A stretch of DNA of 64,000 bases, taken from the NCBI GenBank assembly GCA_977020255.1, contig CDROCS010000799.1, positions 124,001-188,000 on the forward strand, written 5' to 3'. Origin of the DNA: Obrimoposthia wandeli (lineage: Eukaryota). Both the position numbers and the translations under genes were made by a program. Below the pieces are notes generated by a model. The model was not told the origin of the DNA. It worked only from the letters and a program-made list of their open reading frames with translations, and did not search any database. Shown piece by piece: positions 26,759-40,961 of the stretch. Within the stretch, counting starts at the first letter, position 1. Every line of letters starts with the position of its first letter.

Positions 26759-29700
26759 TGTTGGAATTTCTATATGAAACTGTTCTAATATAGATCCTCT
26801 TTAGTGGAGGGCCCCAACGTGAGTTCTATAGAAGCAGGGCTTGTAGATGGTTGTGACCTACTTAATGTTATACTTGCCTGTCTCAATTCTTATCTGAAGG
26901 TTTGTTGTTTTGTCTTAATCTGAAGGGTTTAGAACAATGCTTTCTAGTTGTAGGAAATCGTTTATAATCAACACACTAGACTAACACGACTTAATACGTT
27001 TAAGTACGTATTCTAAAAAGTTACAATACAATTCCTAAGACTTCTGTAAGTCTCTACACAAGTGGGGATGAACCACGTATCGATTTTAAGATAGAGTTGG
27101 TTGGTCGCTAGAGTCTTTACTCTAAACAATGCGGGCAATTTAAGTATATAGGTTTTACAGAGCTGTTGCTCTAAAATAGGGAATGAGTTTGGATCGGTTT
27201 TATGGCAGTTTACGCAATTTTGTAAAATCAAAATGTTCTAGTTTTTTATAATCGATTTTAGTAAATTCAAGCCTCAAATTAATATCTGCAAATTCAAAAT
27301 GTTAATCAATTTCAGTAAATTCAAACTTTAATTTAATATCGGCAAATTCAAAATGTTAATCAATTTCAGTAAATTCAAACTTTAATTTAATATCGGCAAA
27401 TTCAAAATGTTAATCAATTTCAGTAAATCCAATCTTTAAATTAATATCGGCAAATTCAAAATGTTAATCAATTTCAGTAAATCCAATCTTTAAATTAATA
27501 TCGGCAAATTCAAAATGCTAATCAATTTCAGTAAATCCAATCTTTAAATTAATATCGGCAAATTCAAAATGCTAATCAATTTCAGTAAATTCAATCTTTA
27601 TTCTCACTGATCAGCAATCCCACTCTGCCTCTCACCTCGCTCCCGTCCTCAGTTCCTCGATTTATGGTCCACTAAGAGCGGCTGCTAATGGTCCGGAAAA
27701 CTCCTCGGATTGAGGGAATGCACTGCGATTGAGATGCCGCGGATTGCTGTGATGCCTCTGATCTGGTTCGGTTGTCCTGGTAGTTTCCGTGGCCACTCTG
27801 CTGTCTGATTTCTGGGTCTGGTGGCGCGGTGTAGAGATTGGCGAATTAGCTCGATCCGAATCGTTTTCTCGTTTTTTCTGGAATTGAGAAATTGGGTAAT
27901 TTCCTTTTATACCGATTTTCACTTCAGAGTACTTAAACACTTAATTTAAGTACTCACGTCTAGACGGCTGTTTCCTCTCCAACAGACGCTAAGGGACTCG
28001 GTGAATGAACGTTTGTTTGTTCCTGTCGGCGGACAACTGCTCCTAGGAAAATAAACAATAGAGATCACCTAACTAAGTGATCTTACTTCCTCGACGAGTC
28101 GCCTGTTTGCGAAGAGCTGCTCCTAATGGGTTTCTCGTATTGCGCTAAGTGGCGCTAATAGCTTCTCAGTGGCTTTCTTTTTCTTCTCGGCCCTAATATT
28201 TGTTTTGCGATTTTTTCTCAATAATCTTCTTCTTAATTGTGTTAGGTTTAGGAATTGATAAATATAAAATAATTAATCAAATTTATAGTAAAATAAAAAT
28301 CCTTGAAAGCAAGGTTATAATTAAATAAATTTTATATCAAAATTAAAATTGTAATTAAATATTTAAGGACCACGAAGGTCATGTATGATGTGCAGTATAT
28401 AGGAAGTTAAAATTAAAAGCAAAAGGCCCAAAAATAATAATTAGCGAAAAATATAAAATAAGTTAATTAGCAGCAAAGAAGACAAACAGGAGAATAAAAA
28501 GCAATACTAACCCAGGCCACCAGAAGACGCTGCGAACTCCAGCTGCTGTCCCAACAACTAAGTAAGAAGCACTTAGTTTAAGTGCTAATTCATTGTTTCA
28601 TTTCAGATATCGATCGAGATAACTGTATCGCGGAGAAACACTGAGAACTGCGCCAGCTGTCCAGTCTCGAAGGAAAATTTGCCACAGAACCCAGGAGTCC
28701 ATTAGAAGACACACATTCGAAAGGAACTAAAAGTATATAAGTAGAAGAGTGCAAAAAGGAATTAAATTTGAAATCACTGCGAAATATCCGCAAAATTTGG
28801 ACAGTGCCAGCGGAATCAAGTCGAAACAAGAGTCGAATCGCAATCGACTGAGAAATCAGGAATCAGAGGCCAGAGCTCAGTGCGACCAGGAAACCTGCAA
28901 GGTCAAAGCGGACGGAGCGTGACCAACTCGGATCACAGCGCAGTACTGAACACTTGGATCAGATCGCATCGGGACGACTCGGAACGGTTCGCGTCAGAAA
29001 CAACTCGGAAGAATTATTGGTGAGACGAAGTGACTATAAAATTGATTTTGAATTTCGTAAACCATTTTTGAGAAAATATAAAGTTGGAAAATAATTGATT
29101 TTGAATTTCGTAAACCATTTTGAAAAGTATAAAGTTGGAAAGTAATCGATTTTGAATTATCGTAAACCATTTTGAAAAGTATAAAGTTGAAAAGTAATTG
29201 ATTTTGAATTATCGTAAACCATTTTTGAGAAAATATAAAGTTGGAAAATAATTGATTTTGAATTTCGTAAACCATTTTGAAAAGTATAAAGTTGGAAAGT
29301 AATTGATTTTGAATTATCGTAAACCATTTTGAAAAGTATAAAGTTGAAAAGTAATTGATTTTGAATTATCGTAACCCATTTTTGAAAAAGTATAAAGTTG
29401 GAAAATAATTAATTTTGAATTATTGTAAATTAAATAGAAAGCATAATTTTGAAGAATTAAAGTTGATTTCAAATCTATAAAGTCAAAGTTACCCTCATTT
29501 TCTCAGAGTCAAGACTTTAGGGATCAACCAACCCTAACCTTAAAATCGATACGTGGTTCATTCCCACTTGTGTAGAGACTTACAGAAGTCTTAGGAATTT
29601 TACTGTAACTTTTTAGAAATACGTACGTAAACGTATTGCTTCGTGTTAGTCTAGTGTGTTAACAATAAACGATTTCCTACAGCTAGAAAGCATTGTTCTA

Positions 29701-30111
29701 AAACCTTCAGATTAAGAAACATCAGAAAACACCTTCAGATAAGAATTGAGACAGGCAACTATAACATTAAGTAGGCCACAACCATCCCTAAGTCCTGCTT
29801 CTATAAGAACTCACGTTGGGGCCCTCCACATTCAAGAGGATCTATAAGTTTCATATAGAAACCCCAACAATTGGATTCTTCTTCTTTTAATAAACTTATT
29901 TTTCTGGGCCTTTTGGTTAAGTTTTAACTTCTATATATACCTACACATCACACATGACCTTCGTGGTCCTTAAATATTTTAAATACTATTTTAATTTCGA
30001 TTATTTAATTTTACTATAATTTTTATTTTAATTATAACCTTGCTTTCAAGGATTTTTATTTTGATATATATTCGATTAATTATTTAAAATTATCAAAACC
30101 TAATCCTAACA
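26759..30111 (-). mobile_element. Solo LTR (~1.7 kb net), outer element, 4-bp TSD CTAT
   Basis: TGTTAGG start at 30111 and ...CCAACA end at 26759 on the minus strand. CTAT at 26755-26758 and 30112-30115. Internal 50-bp minisatellite at 27250-27600. Confidence 0.85.
28240..29869 (+). mobile_element. Solo LTR (1630 bp) of the same family, nested in opposite orientation, 4-bp TSD ATTG
   Basis: TGTTAGG...CCCCAACA; ATTG at 28236-28239 and 29870-29873. Internal ~50-bp minisatellite at 29040-29430. Its 3' ~330 bp is the reverse complement of 26759-27088. Confidence 0.88.
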
Positions 30112-31779
30112 CTATTATTCTCCGTGTGAGAAATAGTGGACCTACCCTTACGTGACTCAACAAGATATTGAAACCTGCTTATCATCCTTTTTATGGATGA
30201 AATGGTCGACACTGTCGAAGAATGCACGAAAAGAGACGATAATCGACAGATTCATAAACGTATTTTCAGTACCAAAATTAGTGATACATGGTTTGATATT
30301 TTCAACTTAGCCTTTGTTGGTATTCTACTATTCATGGGTATTTACGTGGTCGTTATGAGTGGTTGAATGATTTTTTGGGATAGTACATTCGACAGAAGGT
30401 TCATTATTGGACTATGTCGAGAAATCGATTTATTTTCCAATTTGTTTTGATGATCGTCCTACCCACGTTATACGCCGATTTAACATTAAGTTGATGCTGT
30501 ATCAGAACTTTGAAATATATTCGTAATCTACTGCAAATTGTTAAAAGGCTTCGAGAAGTCTGTGAAATACTCCAATAACAAGAAAACAGCGCTCATGTTG
30601 CAAATCCACAACCGTTACAAAGATGTCAGTGTTTTTCCTATCGCCAAAAGCGTTAGATATTTAGCAGATGGGCCAATATAATCCACAAGTTGGTAAGGAC
30701 AATTAAATATTGTAAAAATTCATGATTCTTTGGATCAATTTGCTTCGTCCCTAAATTGTATCTATAAAATGGATTTCAAATAGGTCATCAAATATTGGCT
30801 TAATAGTTTCCACCATAAATGAGTGTTAAATCAGTATAAATAGGATTAAATGTTTACAAGGAGCGGAAAAAATATGAGGAACTGAGCACGACATTTAGAG
30901 GTGGAAAGTCAAAGCTGATTGTTCAGAAAAATAAGAGTGTAAGGCATTTACACTCAATCACTTTTTGATTGTATAAAGCAGTAGAAATGAATTAGAATTA
31001 TCAAAAATACAATTAGAAATCTATGGCTATTAGGGCATATGTTAAAGTTAGGAAGATTAAGATGAGATTGCTTCAATGTGTCGAGGCAAATGTGGTACTG
31101 AAGACACCATTGATTAAATATTACATAATTTGAGTGTTAAGAAGAGGACAATACTGTCTAGGAAGAATTGAAGTCATCATCCAATTATGCAAACTACTGA
31201 TCTGTCAAATGTTGGCAGTATAAGACAGGTGTCATCACTTTGTTCATTTTTTTATAGAATTTAGAAGATGTTACATTTAATTTGATTATGATTGTTGATC
31301 TAGTTACATCAAAAGTTGAAGTGAGTTTTACGTATATAAATATTATAAATCGATTTTTTGGTTGAAAAAGATTATTTTAGCTTAAGTATTCCATAATCTA
31401 CTTCGTCAGTCCTCATGAATTACTTTATACTTATGCAGTAATTTTATAAAATTGAACCTAAATATTCTGTTATTGTAAATTTTTTTCTCAACAAAAGAAT
31501 TTTTAGCTAAAAACTGACCTTTGAATGGAAAATGTTACTTTATTTTTATATCTACCTCAACACGCCAAATAGAAATAGTGTCCAAATTTCTACTAACAAT
31601 CATTGATTACACCTATTAGGGATTTCAAAGTACAAAACATTACATTTTCTATTAATCTAATCAAATTGTAGAAATTTTATGTACATTAACAATAAAATAT
31701 ACTATAAATAATACTTAAAGAACAGACTGTTTTAACTTTACTATTGATAATTCTCTTTTTGAATAGAATACATTTATTT

Positions 31780-32275
31780 TTATTTATTTAATAAAGAAAC
31801 ATCATCCGTTAGCAATGGACCAACAGTATTTTCATACTTATCAATTATATACGCCCATTCACCGTAAAATGTTTTAAGTTGATCTTTATGAGCTATATGC
31901 TCTTTCTTGTGCCAACCGTCACGTCTAGCTAATATGTTTTTATTTTTGAAATAAACAGCTCGTACTCTATCCCAATATACTTGACTGTTGGTATCGAGTT
32001 CTGTTATTGGTTTTAACGTGCCTATAGGCAATTTCCATAACCAATCTGGATATTCCTCATCTGATTTCAATTTTATAGGATCTTCATCAACTCGATAATT
32101 AATGCAGCAGTAATTTGCTAGAATTTCAGGATCTGTTTCAACTTCTCGAACTTTTTTCTTCACTACCGCCGCAATTCCTAATTTCTCTAGAAAATATAAT
32201 CAAAATATTCATACCTTTAGCCTTTTTAGCATATGATCTAAAACATAAATCGTACAATAGATTAACTTTTAACAT
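31780..32275 (-). CDS. MRPL54: Mitochondrial ribosomal protein L54 (mL54)
   Basis: Exon 1 32275-32215 (MLKVNLLYDLCFRSYAKKAK), 28-nt GT-AG intron, exon 2 32186-31780 with ETDPEILANYCCINYRVDEDPIKLKSDEEYPDWLW, the family signature. Confidence 0.88.
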
Positions 32276-35013
32276 TTTTTAAATTTGCACATAATATAAA
32301 CAATAACTGATTAACCTCATATTGCAAATACATAAATTGTTATTTTTTTATTTAAGAAATTAATGACACGTTTATTACAATGCTAAAAAATTAATATCGC
32401 TCTATAATCATATTTTAAAATTCTAAGCTTTTTTACTTTTATTCTAATAATTTTTGTATCTTTGATAAAAACTTAACATCAAACAGTTACAAAAATTCGA
32501 ATTTGTTTCAAAATACTTTTATTTAGTGTTGGAATTATATAAAATATTCTTCATTTTAATTCTCTATTCAACATTTCCTTTTATACCTAGCATATGCCTT
32601 TTAATCGCTGCTATATATTAGGCCCGTCTGCACATTGTTCTTGACACATATATAAAAATACATCCAAAACGTGGATTGTTGGAGTTGTTTCACATAATGT
32701 TCAGGTTTCTAACTCATGAGTTCATAACAAAGTAAAGCTTATCAAAGTGATTATCCAAATTAATCTCAAGTCTGAAGGTGTAGCTATACTGTATTATTTT
32801 TAAATATTGGTGCTTGCTTAAACTTAATAGTCCTAAGTACAGTATTTATTTCAGAATCCAGAAATAAATAAAATTGTAATAGTGTGGAATTAATAATACA
32901 ATTTAACTTTGGACCATAAGTTAATAATAATTTTGATACTGCAGTGGTAAGTTGTTAAGTTTATCATGAATATTAAGCAGGATAATCAAGTTTACTTCCC
33001 TCAAGTACCCTTAATCTAAACAGATCGTTCAGATTGTCACTGGAGTCCCTCCCAGTTATAAGCTCAATAATTGGTTCAAAGTATCATGTATCCAACTAAA
33101 GTTACTATGAAGTAATGGCTCTGGTAATATATACTAAATATAATTTTCATACCTGTCTTAATGTTTTAATTGTAAAAAAACACTAAATTATTTGAAAAAT
33201 TCATATGTTGAATCGAAATGTTTCAAACCTATTTTGTAAAACTAACTTGATTCTCTACGATGATTAACAATGTTTCAACATATAACCTGGCGTGTATTCA
33301 TTTGATAATAAATTTCGTCATTACTAACTTGATATTTTACAATACATTCATTATTTATCTTACAGGTAGATGAATAGAGAAAAATCTCGGGTATAGTTTC
33401 AATAAAGTCAAGACGGAGTACTACTTTCTCACAAACACAACACTGATGTGAATTATTTAAAATCTATATATACTGAATGATCGATGAATTTAAATAAGCT
33501 CAAAATAATTATTGCACACGACTACTGGATTGTCAATTGAAGTTCTAACAAATTTTATAATATCTTCATCTTGTTCAACCGCCATTGGTATATGATATAC
33601 ATTGCTTTATATAATGAATAGCCATGATGAAATTTTTAAAATGGAGTTTTATTGGGTTATCGCTTTTTAACGAATTTGATAATATATATCGAGAAAATAT
33701 ACAAGTTACCTCATCAGACAAGACGACACAGACTTGAAAAAAATCTACCTTTGCAAATGCGGTTTATGACCAAAACCAATATACTTTCTATGTAATGATA
33801 CCTTTAAAATCTTCATTTATAACATCCATTTCAGAAAAATGAAGAGTCTTAGTTTTATTTATGTCATAATTTCGTTATACATAATGCTTTATTAAATTTA
33901 GTAGTCACACTAACATGAAAAGAAACGTTTATACTAAAAGTAAAATGTCTGACAAGATGAGTATAACTTAAAGGTAATAGCCAACACCAGGAAATCCAAG
34001 AATAGAATATTGTACTTGAGACATCTAATAACTGAAAATATTTCTAGTTTAAACATACAATCTTAAATCATAATCTGATAATTTAAATATATTTATTGTT
34101 TATTCAAATCGGCAAATACATTCAATAGATATTCAAAATGGATACTCCTTATTCTCTATAACAAATGTTTATTTGCAACCAAGTATCTTGCAATTTTCTA
34201 ATTATTATTAAAAAAATCAAATTGAATAAAACCTGATTTGAAAATTTTTTTTTTCTTTACGCATGTAAACATACTGACATTATTTACTGCGTTTGAAAGA
34301 TAAGTAACTTATATTACTTTTAACAAAACTTTTATAATTAATGCTTGCAATCTTCATAATTCACAACAGACATAAACACCCCACCACCACAAAATACTAT
34401 TTAACTTCATTTAAGACCCCTTAAAACTGAAAATGTCATAGTGCACCGACAATGTGAGGAAGTGCTTGAGAGGCCATCTGAGGGTCAACACGTACCCTTC
34501 GACAAGCATTATACAAACCGAATCGCGAAAAAAATCGCGACCTTCGGGTTTGAATTTTTCCCGTGTAAGTATTTATATCCAGATACACTCAAAAACTCAA
34601 GTTTTTTTTCTCATAATCTCTACCCTCTAGCTACACACAGTCGACAAAATCTTAACAAAATAGTAAAATTTTTGAATAAAATATTGTTTCTATCCAATGA
34701 TATGCATGCATTAAATCATCGTTAAAAACTTAAGAAAATACTATGGATTCTTAAATAAATCATTTGAATAACACGTTCTCATTAGACGATAAAAGAAGGG
34801 TTGGTCTGATTTTTGTGTATATAAGGAAAACATTTTTTAATTATTTTTCTTAAATAAAAAAAACCTAAATACATGTATGTCTTTTTTCAACAACATCAAT
34901 TTGAATGAAGATATGGAGGTGTAGCTGTATAGAGAACTCTCCAGTGCAGCATTGAACGCCACCATCGTCGCAGTATATAGACTTACTTAGTCAAGACTCG
35001 TCGGTGGTGAGCA

Positions 35014-35090
35014 AGGAAGAAGGAGAAGAAGGAGAAGAAGGAGAAGAAGGAGAAGAAGGAGAAGAAGGAGAAGAAGGAGAAGAAGAAGCA
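35014..35090. repeat. (GAAGGAGAA)n purine-rich 9-bp tandem repeat
   Basis: Directly visible array. Confidence 0.9.
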
Positions 35091-35281
35091 GAAGAGAAGC
35101 AGTAGCAAGAGCGGAGCTGATGGAGATAGATGAACCACTTATAAGCTCAACTCAGAGAGAAGAACTAATGGCAGCGAGAGGAGGGGTATAGATATCTCAA
35201 TATTTTGATCTGACTAGTCAGGATTCGATTGGAAATTGTAAAGATTGTACTTCTTGGGGGAATGCAGTAGCTGCTGCTCAC

Positions 35282-35731
35282 TTGTCGACTTCGGCAGAAG
35301 CAGCAAGGAAATCAACCAATATCTTCAACAATTTCAAGGGTGTCATCAAACGCTCATGGACATTGATCCCGTTGTATCAGCCGGAGACTGTCCTCGCACC
35401 AGACTCTGACGAGAAGCTTTTCTGCGACGAGGTACCGTCAGATCAAGAGGACGACTTGACGCCATTCATCGACGAATGGATCACACTGAGTCTCGGAGCC
35501 AATAACAACGTGGCTGCCATAAATGAGTCGATGGTGACAGAATTGAACGCCGATGAGTGGCGGCTGTTCACGGACGAATGGGACAGTCTCACTTCTTCTG
35601 CTACTCCAACTCCAATTGTTGAGGATACGGTGCCTGGACCATTCAGAAGGCTGCAATCTCCTCTGAGACAATTTAGAAGAATAAAAGCTACGAATAAGGC
35701 TAGACTATTAATTTATTTCATATGTTTTTAA
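35282..35731 (+). CDS. Unidentified acidic ORF (FxDEW motif repeated), probably a decayed or repetitive spliced gene
   Basis: 149-codon ORF with a non-ATG start, higher GC, and apparent short introns downstream. No family recognised. Confidence 0.25.
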   Translation: MSTSAEAARKSTNIFNNFKGVIKRSWTLIPLYQPETVLAPDSDEKLFCDEVPSDQEDDLTPFIDEWITLSLGANNNVAAINESMVTELNADEWRLFTDEWDSLTSSATPTPIVEDTVPGPFRRLQSPLRQFRRIKATNKARLLIYFICF

Positions 35732-36251
35732 TTTCTTTTTCAGAAACTTCAACTGGATATCGCACCATCGGTAACCTCATTGGAGAGGCTGATCAAACCT
35801 GAAATATTGGCGAGTCAATGCTGCCAGGAGATGCAAAGGAGTGAATTATGATATCTTGCGTCTCTGGATAATATTAAGGTAAAATATTTTAAATTAGAAA
35901 ATAAATGTAATTATTCTCATAGGAAGCCGACCAGGTGGGAGATATGCTGAAGAGTATGAAACATGAAATTAGCTGATTTGATATCCATAGCATCATCCAG
36001 ATCACCTTCTCCCTCATTTGTAACTTTCAATTTAACAAGAAATAAACTATAATTTAAATCAAGATATTGGGTATTGGATCCATTTATATTGAATTCTAAA
36101 TCAAGATAAAAAATATCCCGCTAACCGTATTTGTTGGGAAAATTTCCTGAAAACTAGCACTGTCAACCACCATCTGGGTATAGGTTTACCGAATATACTC
36201 AATTCAGTTTTAGCACAACTCATATTCTGAAATATTCTGATTTAAGCATTT

Positions 36252-39200
36252 ATGACCGAGAAATGTCGTGAAAAATATGACAAAACAGATGACAAGAAGA
36301 ATTTTGAAGATAGGCTTAAAGAAGCATTTGATAAGAAGCCGGATTTAGCAGCAGACCTATTCTATGCCTTGAAATACAAGAAATGTAATGATTCCGTCGA
36401 CACCTTTATTCAGCGTATCGAGAAGAAAGTTGAGAATGTATTGCAATACAAGATTACGGCCTCCAAATTAACAGAATTCTTACTAAAATTCTGTCTTGAT
36501 GATGAGTCGACGATGTCAGAAGAAATGAACCGACTCGAACTCACTAGTGACATTTTGAAGATGAAACCATAACCAAGCAACGAAGAAATGGAGACCGAAC
36601 AAAAATGACCTACTCCAACAAAATTTATCAAGGACATGATGAAGAAATTGGAAGAAAAAAATTAGAAGTCAATAATTGAAAAGCCGATATTTTCTTTAAA
36701 TAATCACACTTATGCTGGAATTGTGGAAATGGAAGACCTGCTTATCAAAATCCAATTAACATGAAGCAAACTCAAGTAGCATCTCAGATAAGGTTTGAAA
36801 AGACAAAAAGAAACGAAAACAATGAGTGACGACAATGTTATTGCTGCAGTGAGGTTGGACATATTAGATGAGAATGTCCTCACAATCATTGTTCATTCTA
36901 CAGACGAAATGGACATACGATCAACCAATGCTACCGGAAACTTGATCAAGATAATAAATGATACATGCCAAGCTATGGCTATCGGCGAGATCAGCAAGTA
37001 CCAAATAGTTCCAGTCCATCAGCTAAGAAATCAGCAGAGATACCAAGGATCTGACCAGATTAAGAAGCCAGTTGCTGTCATTGATGACGACTACATGACT
37101 GTGGAAAAACAGAATCCCAGCCAAGCGGAACATGAGTTGGCTCCATAAAACGGGGAAATGATCGGAGCTCTGAATCTAATGTAAGTAGTTTTATAAATAA
37201 TTTGAAAACAATTAAGTATGACTGTGATAAAAAATGTATGGATTGTGAATTTGATTTAAATAGTTTGAATAGTAATGTTTTATGTGATACTGAGAATGGT
37301 GAAAAAATTAAAATAAATAATGATTTTGTAGATTTTAGTGAAAATGATTTAGTTAATGATGTTCTTTTAATTAACAAAAAATATGATTCAAGTTTTTTAA
37401 TTGTTGGTTATGATAATAGATATGGCCGACCGTTAATTAACATTTAGTTGAAAATGTAAAAATAAGTTGTTTATTAGATACTGGTGCTAAAATAAGTGTA
37501 ATAAGTAAAGATGTTTTAGATATAACTAATTGTAGTATGAATAAGATTATGAATGAAAATAACGTTTCATGTGCTAATGGAAGTAGATAGGAAATATTAG
37601 GTACATTAAATATAGCTTTGAAACACAAAAATAAAAACATAGTTGGATTTTTCTATGTTGCAAAAGAAATTAAACCGAGCATAATTTTAGGAATCGATAT
37701 TTTGGAAAAGTAAAATTTTAAATTAGCCAATTTTCATCGTTTAAGTTCAGTGAAAAACATCGATGAAAGATTAATAAATGAAGTAAATAATTTAGAAAAT
37801 AAATTTGGTTTGTCAGTAAGTCAAGATGATCGTTGGAAAACATTTTTGAAAACATGTACCGAAATTATGAAGGAAGTCGTACCAATTTGTAAAGAATTTA
37901 GAAATATATTTATGAAAGATAAATGGGATATAGGAAAAACTGATGTACTAAAACATAGAATATTGACAGAATGTACGCCAATAAATATCAAACCTCGTCG
38001 ACAACCAATGCACTATGAAATTAAGATACTGGAAATAGTTGAAAATCTTGAAGAAAATGGAATAATATCTAAATGTGAATCACCGTGGAATTCACTAATA
38101 GTATGCATAAAAAAGAAAAATACGACAGATATTAGAATGTGATTAGATTTCAGATTATTGAATAAAATTACTGTAAGACCTGCTTTCCTAATTCCTAATG
38201 TTGAAGAAATGTTTGATACACTTTATAGTGCAAAATACTTTTCATCAATAGACTTAGGAAGTGCTTATTATCAGGTTGAATTAGATGAAAAAAGTAAACA
38301 TAAGACAGCTTTCTCTACAAAGTTTGGACAATATTGCTTCAATAGAATGCCTTTTGGAATTGCAGCAGCTCCTTCAATATTTCAAAAATTCATGACAATT
38401 ATCTTAAAAGATATGATTTGGATTAAAGCTTTAGTATCTTTAGATGATATTTTAATATTTTATAATTCTATAGAAGAACATAAAATAAGATTGCGAAAAT
38501 TATTTGGATGGATAGCAGAATCGGGACTTAGGATTAATCCAGAAAAATGGAAATTTTGTGTTGATGAATTGAAGTTTCTTGGACACATTATAAATGAAGA
38601 AGGAATAAAAACTGATCAGGAAAAAATAAAGTCATTAGTTGAATTCAAGAAACCAACATGTGTGAAACACTTACGAAGCTATTTGGGTCTTGCGAATTAT
38701 TATAGAAAATCCATAAAAAATTATTAGCAATTCTCCAAGCCATTAGAAAGTTTGACTACCACAACATAGAAAACATTGATATGGAACGAGCAATGTGAAA
38801 ATGCTTTTGATAATTTGAAACTGAAAATGTTAAAATCTCCAATTTTAGTTCATTCTAATTTTAAGAAGGAATTTATCTTAGATACAGATGCCAATTTCGA
38901 CACAAATTGAGCAGTTTTATTGTAGTTAGATGAAAATGACAATGAAATAGTCATTGCGTAAGGATCGAAGAGTATGAGTAAACATAAAATCGGTTATTGT
39001 ATAACCCGTAAGGAAATTTTATCAGTATTTCATTTGACTCAGCACTTTAAACATTATTTGTATGGAAAATGTTTCTTCTAAGAACGGATCATAAGGCAAT
39101 TACATTCATGATGAAAACAAAAAAGCCGATTACATCACAATTTCAAAATTGGATGAACTTCTTGAGTAGTCTTGATATTAAGTTAGAATATAGAAAAGGA

Positions 39201-39664
39201 GACTTGCATGGAAATGCTGATGCTCTGTCACGGATGAATATTGACACATGTAAACAATGCAATTTGACACATAGATCCAAAGACAGAAAAATTGAAAACG
39301 AGAATTCTAGTTATATCAGAAGAATCAAAATTCACGAATTACAAAAGTTTTCAAAATATATATTTAATATCAGAAAACAGATTGACAATAATGAAAACTA
39401 TGAATTCTGGTATTATTTATCGTAGTGGGAAAATTTACATCCCTTTTGAAGAGAGGTCAGCTTTTGTTGGTCAATTGCACAAATATTTATGTCATGCTGG
39501 CACAAAGAAAGTATTAAGTCAGATTAAAAATAGTTTTTATATGAAAGATTTGTAAAATATGACCAGAAGCATAGTTAAATCATGTACGATTTGTCAGAAA
39601 AGAAAAACTTTATACAGGACGTACTAAAGAAAATGTTATAATATTATTTGCCAATGAGCCATAA

Positions 39665-39745
<81 letters not shown>

Positions 39746-40651
39746 AGTCCATTTAAGACTACAATCAATGGAATTTTTTTTTTGGCTATAATAGATCAAT
39801 TTTCTAAATATATTGTATTAGAGTTAGTTCGAAATCAAGATGAAAATACTGTTATAAATATATTAGTAAATAAATGGATATTGAAGTTAGGTGCTCCGAA
39901 GAAAATTAACGTAGATAGAGGAAAATGTTTTGAATCCAAATTATTGTTTGACCTGGCGAAGAAATGTAATTTTACAATCAATTATTCAAGTCTATATCAC
40001 CACCAAACCAATGGTCAAGTAGAACGTCAATTTAGAACTATTAGAGACTGTATTGTATGTTGTTTAGAAGATAAGCTTTACAGAAATTGGGAAGAAGCAC
40101 TACCGAATATTGAATATACATTGAACTCTACAATGAAATCGTCAATTAACCAGAGTCCTGCTGAAATTGCTTTGGAAGAAAAATAAATAAATTTTTATTT
40201 GCAGACAGCAGTGATAGTAATCAAAATTGGGAGGATCACATGAAAGTAAAAAACAATTTCAGAAATTTTGAAATAGATGATAATGTTTTGGTAAAAGCTG
40301 ATGTTAGAAATAAACAAGATATGAGATATGAAGGACCATATAAAATCACAAAGAAATTACATAATAGAAGCTTTGAATTAACAGATGAAAATGAATAAAC
40401 GAAAATAAGAAATATTGACTGGCTAAAATCTTTAAGGTGAGGAGGATGTTAGGTAAATAATTATAATTATAATCTCACAATAAACTAATTAATTGAATGT
40501 TTGTACCTGTATGATTACATAACTAATTGTTTTCATCTTATTACGCAACTACCTACATTTCTCCACAGTGCGCTTTACTTAATAAAGCACACAGAACGAG
40601 AACGGCAGATTTGGTGTTTAATATAGTTTGAAGTATTATACAGACTTAACA
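36252..40651 (+). mobile_element. Degenerate Ty3/Gypsy element with PPT and 205-bp 3' LTR (40447-40651)
   Basis: Protease CLLDTGAKISVIS; RT KTAFSTKFGQYCFNRMPFGIAAAPSIFQ...LDDILI; RH LDTDA...LRTDHKAI; IN HHQTNGQVERQFRT. PPT AAGGTGAGGAGGA then TGTTAG...TTAACA. No 5' LTR seen. Confidence 0.92.
39669..39741. repeat. (TA)n microsatellite inside the Gypsy integrase
   Basis: Directly visible; interrupts the NEP..KLYID-ICSP motif. Confidence 0.97.
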
Positions 40652-40961
40652 TAAAATATCCCCATACTTGTGCTTTTCCTGTTGAACCCAAATTGCTTTT
40701 ATTAATGGAAGTTTATTCCCACCTATGAATATCGGTTCAGTAATGCTTGTGTAAATATAAATCTGATTACATGCATTAGTTATTTTAGGAATAATCTTTG
40801 CTTTGAAAACTATATATTTATTTTCAAATTAATTTTCTTTAAACCCGATAATTGTGGCTAATGATTTATCTATGATAACTTTAACAATATTTGGTTTCAA
40901 TTTGAATTAAATCAATTTATTAACTATTTTAAAGCTATCAAATACATTTGGTAACATAATT

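Noticed and set aside
34420-34730. GC-richer patch resembling a DNA-transposon end
   Set aside because: No partner TIR, TSD or transposase was found in the window.
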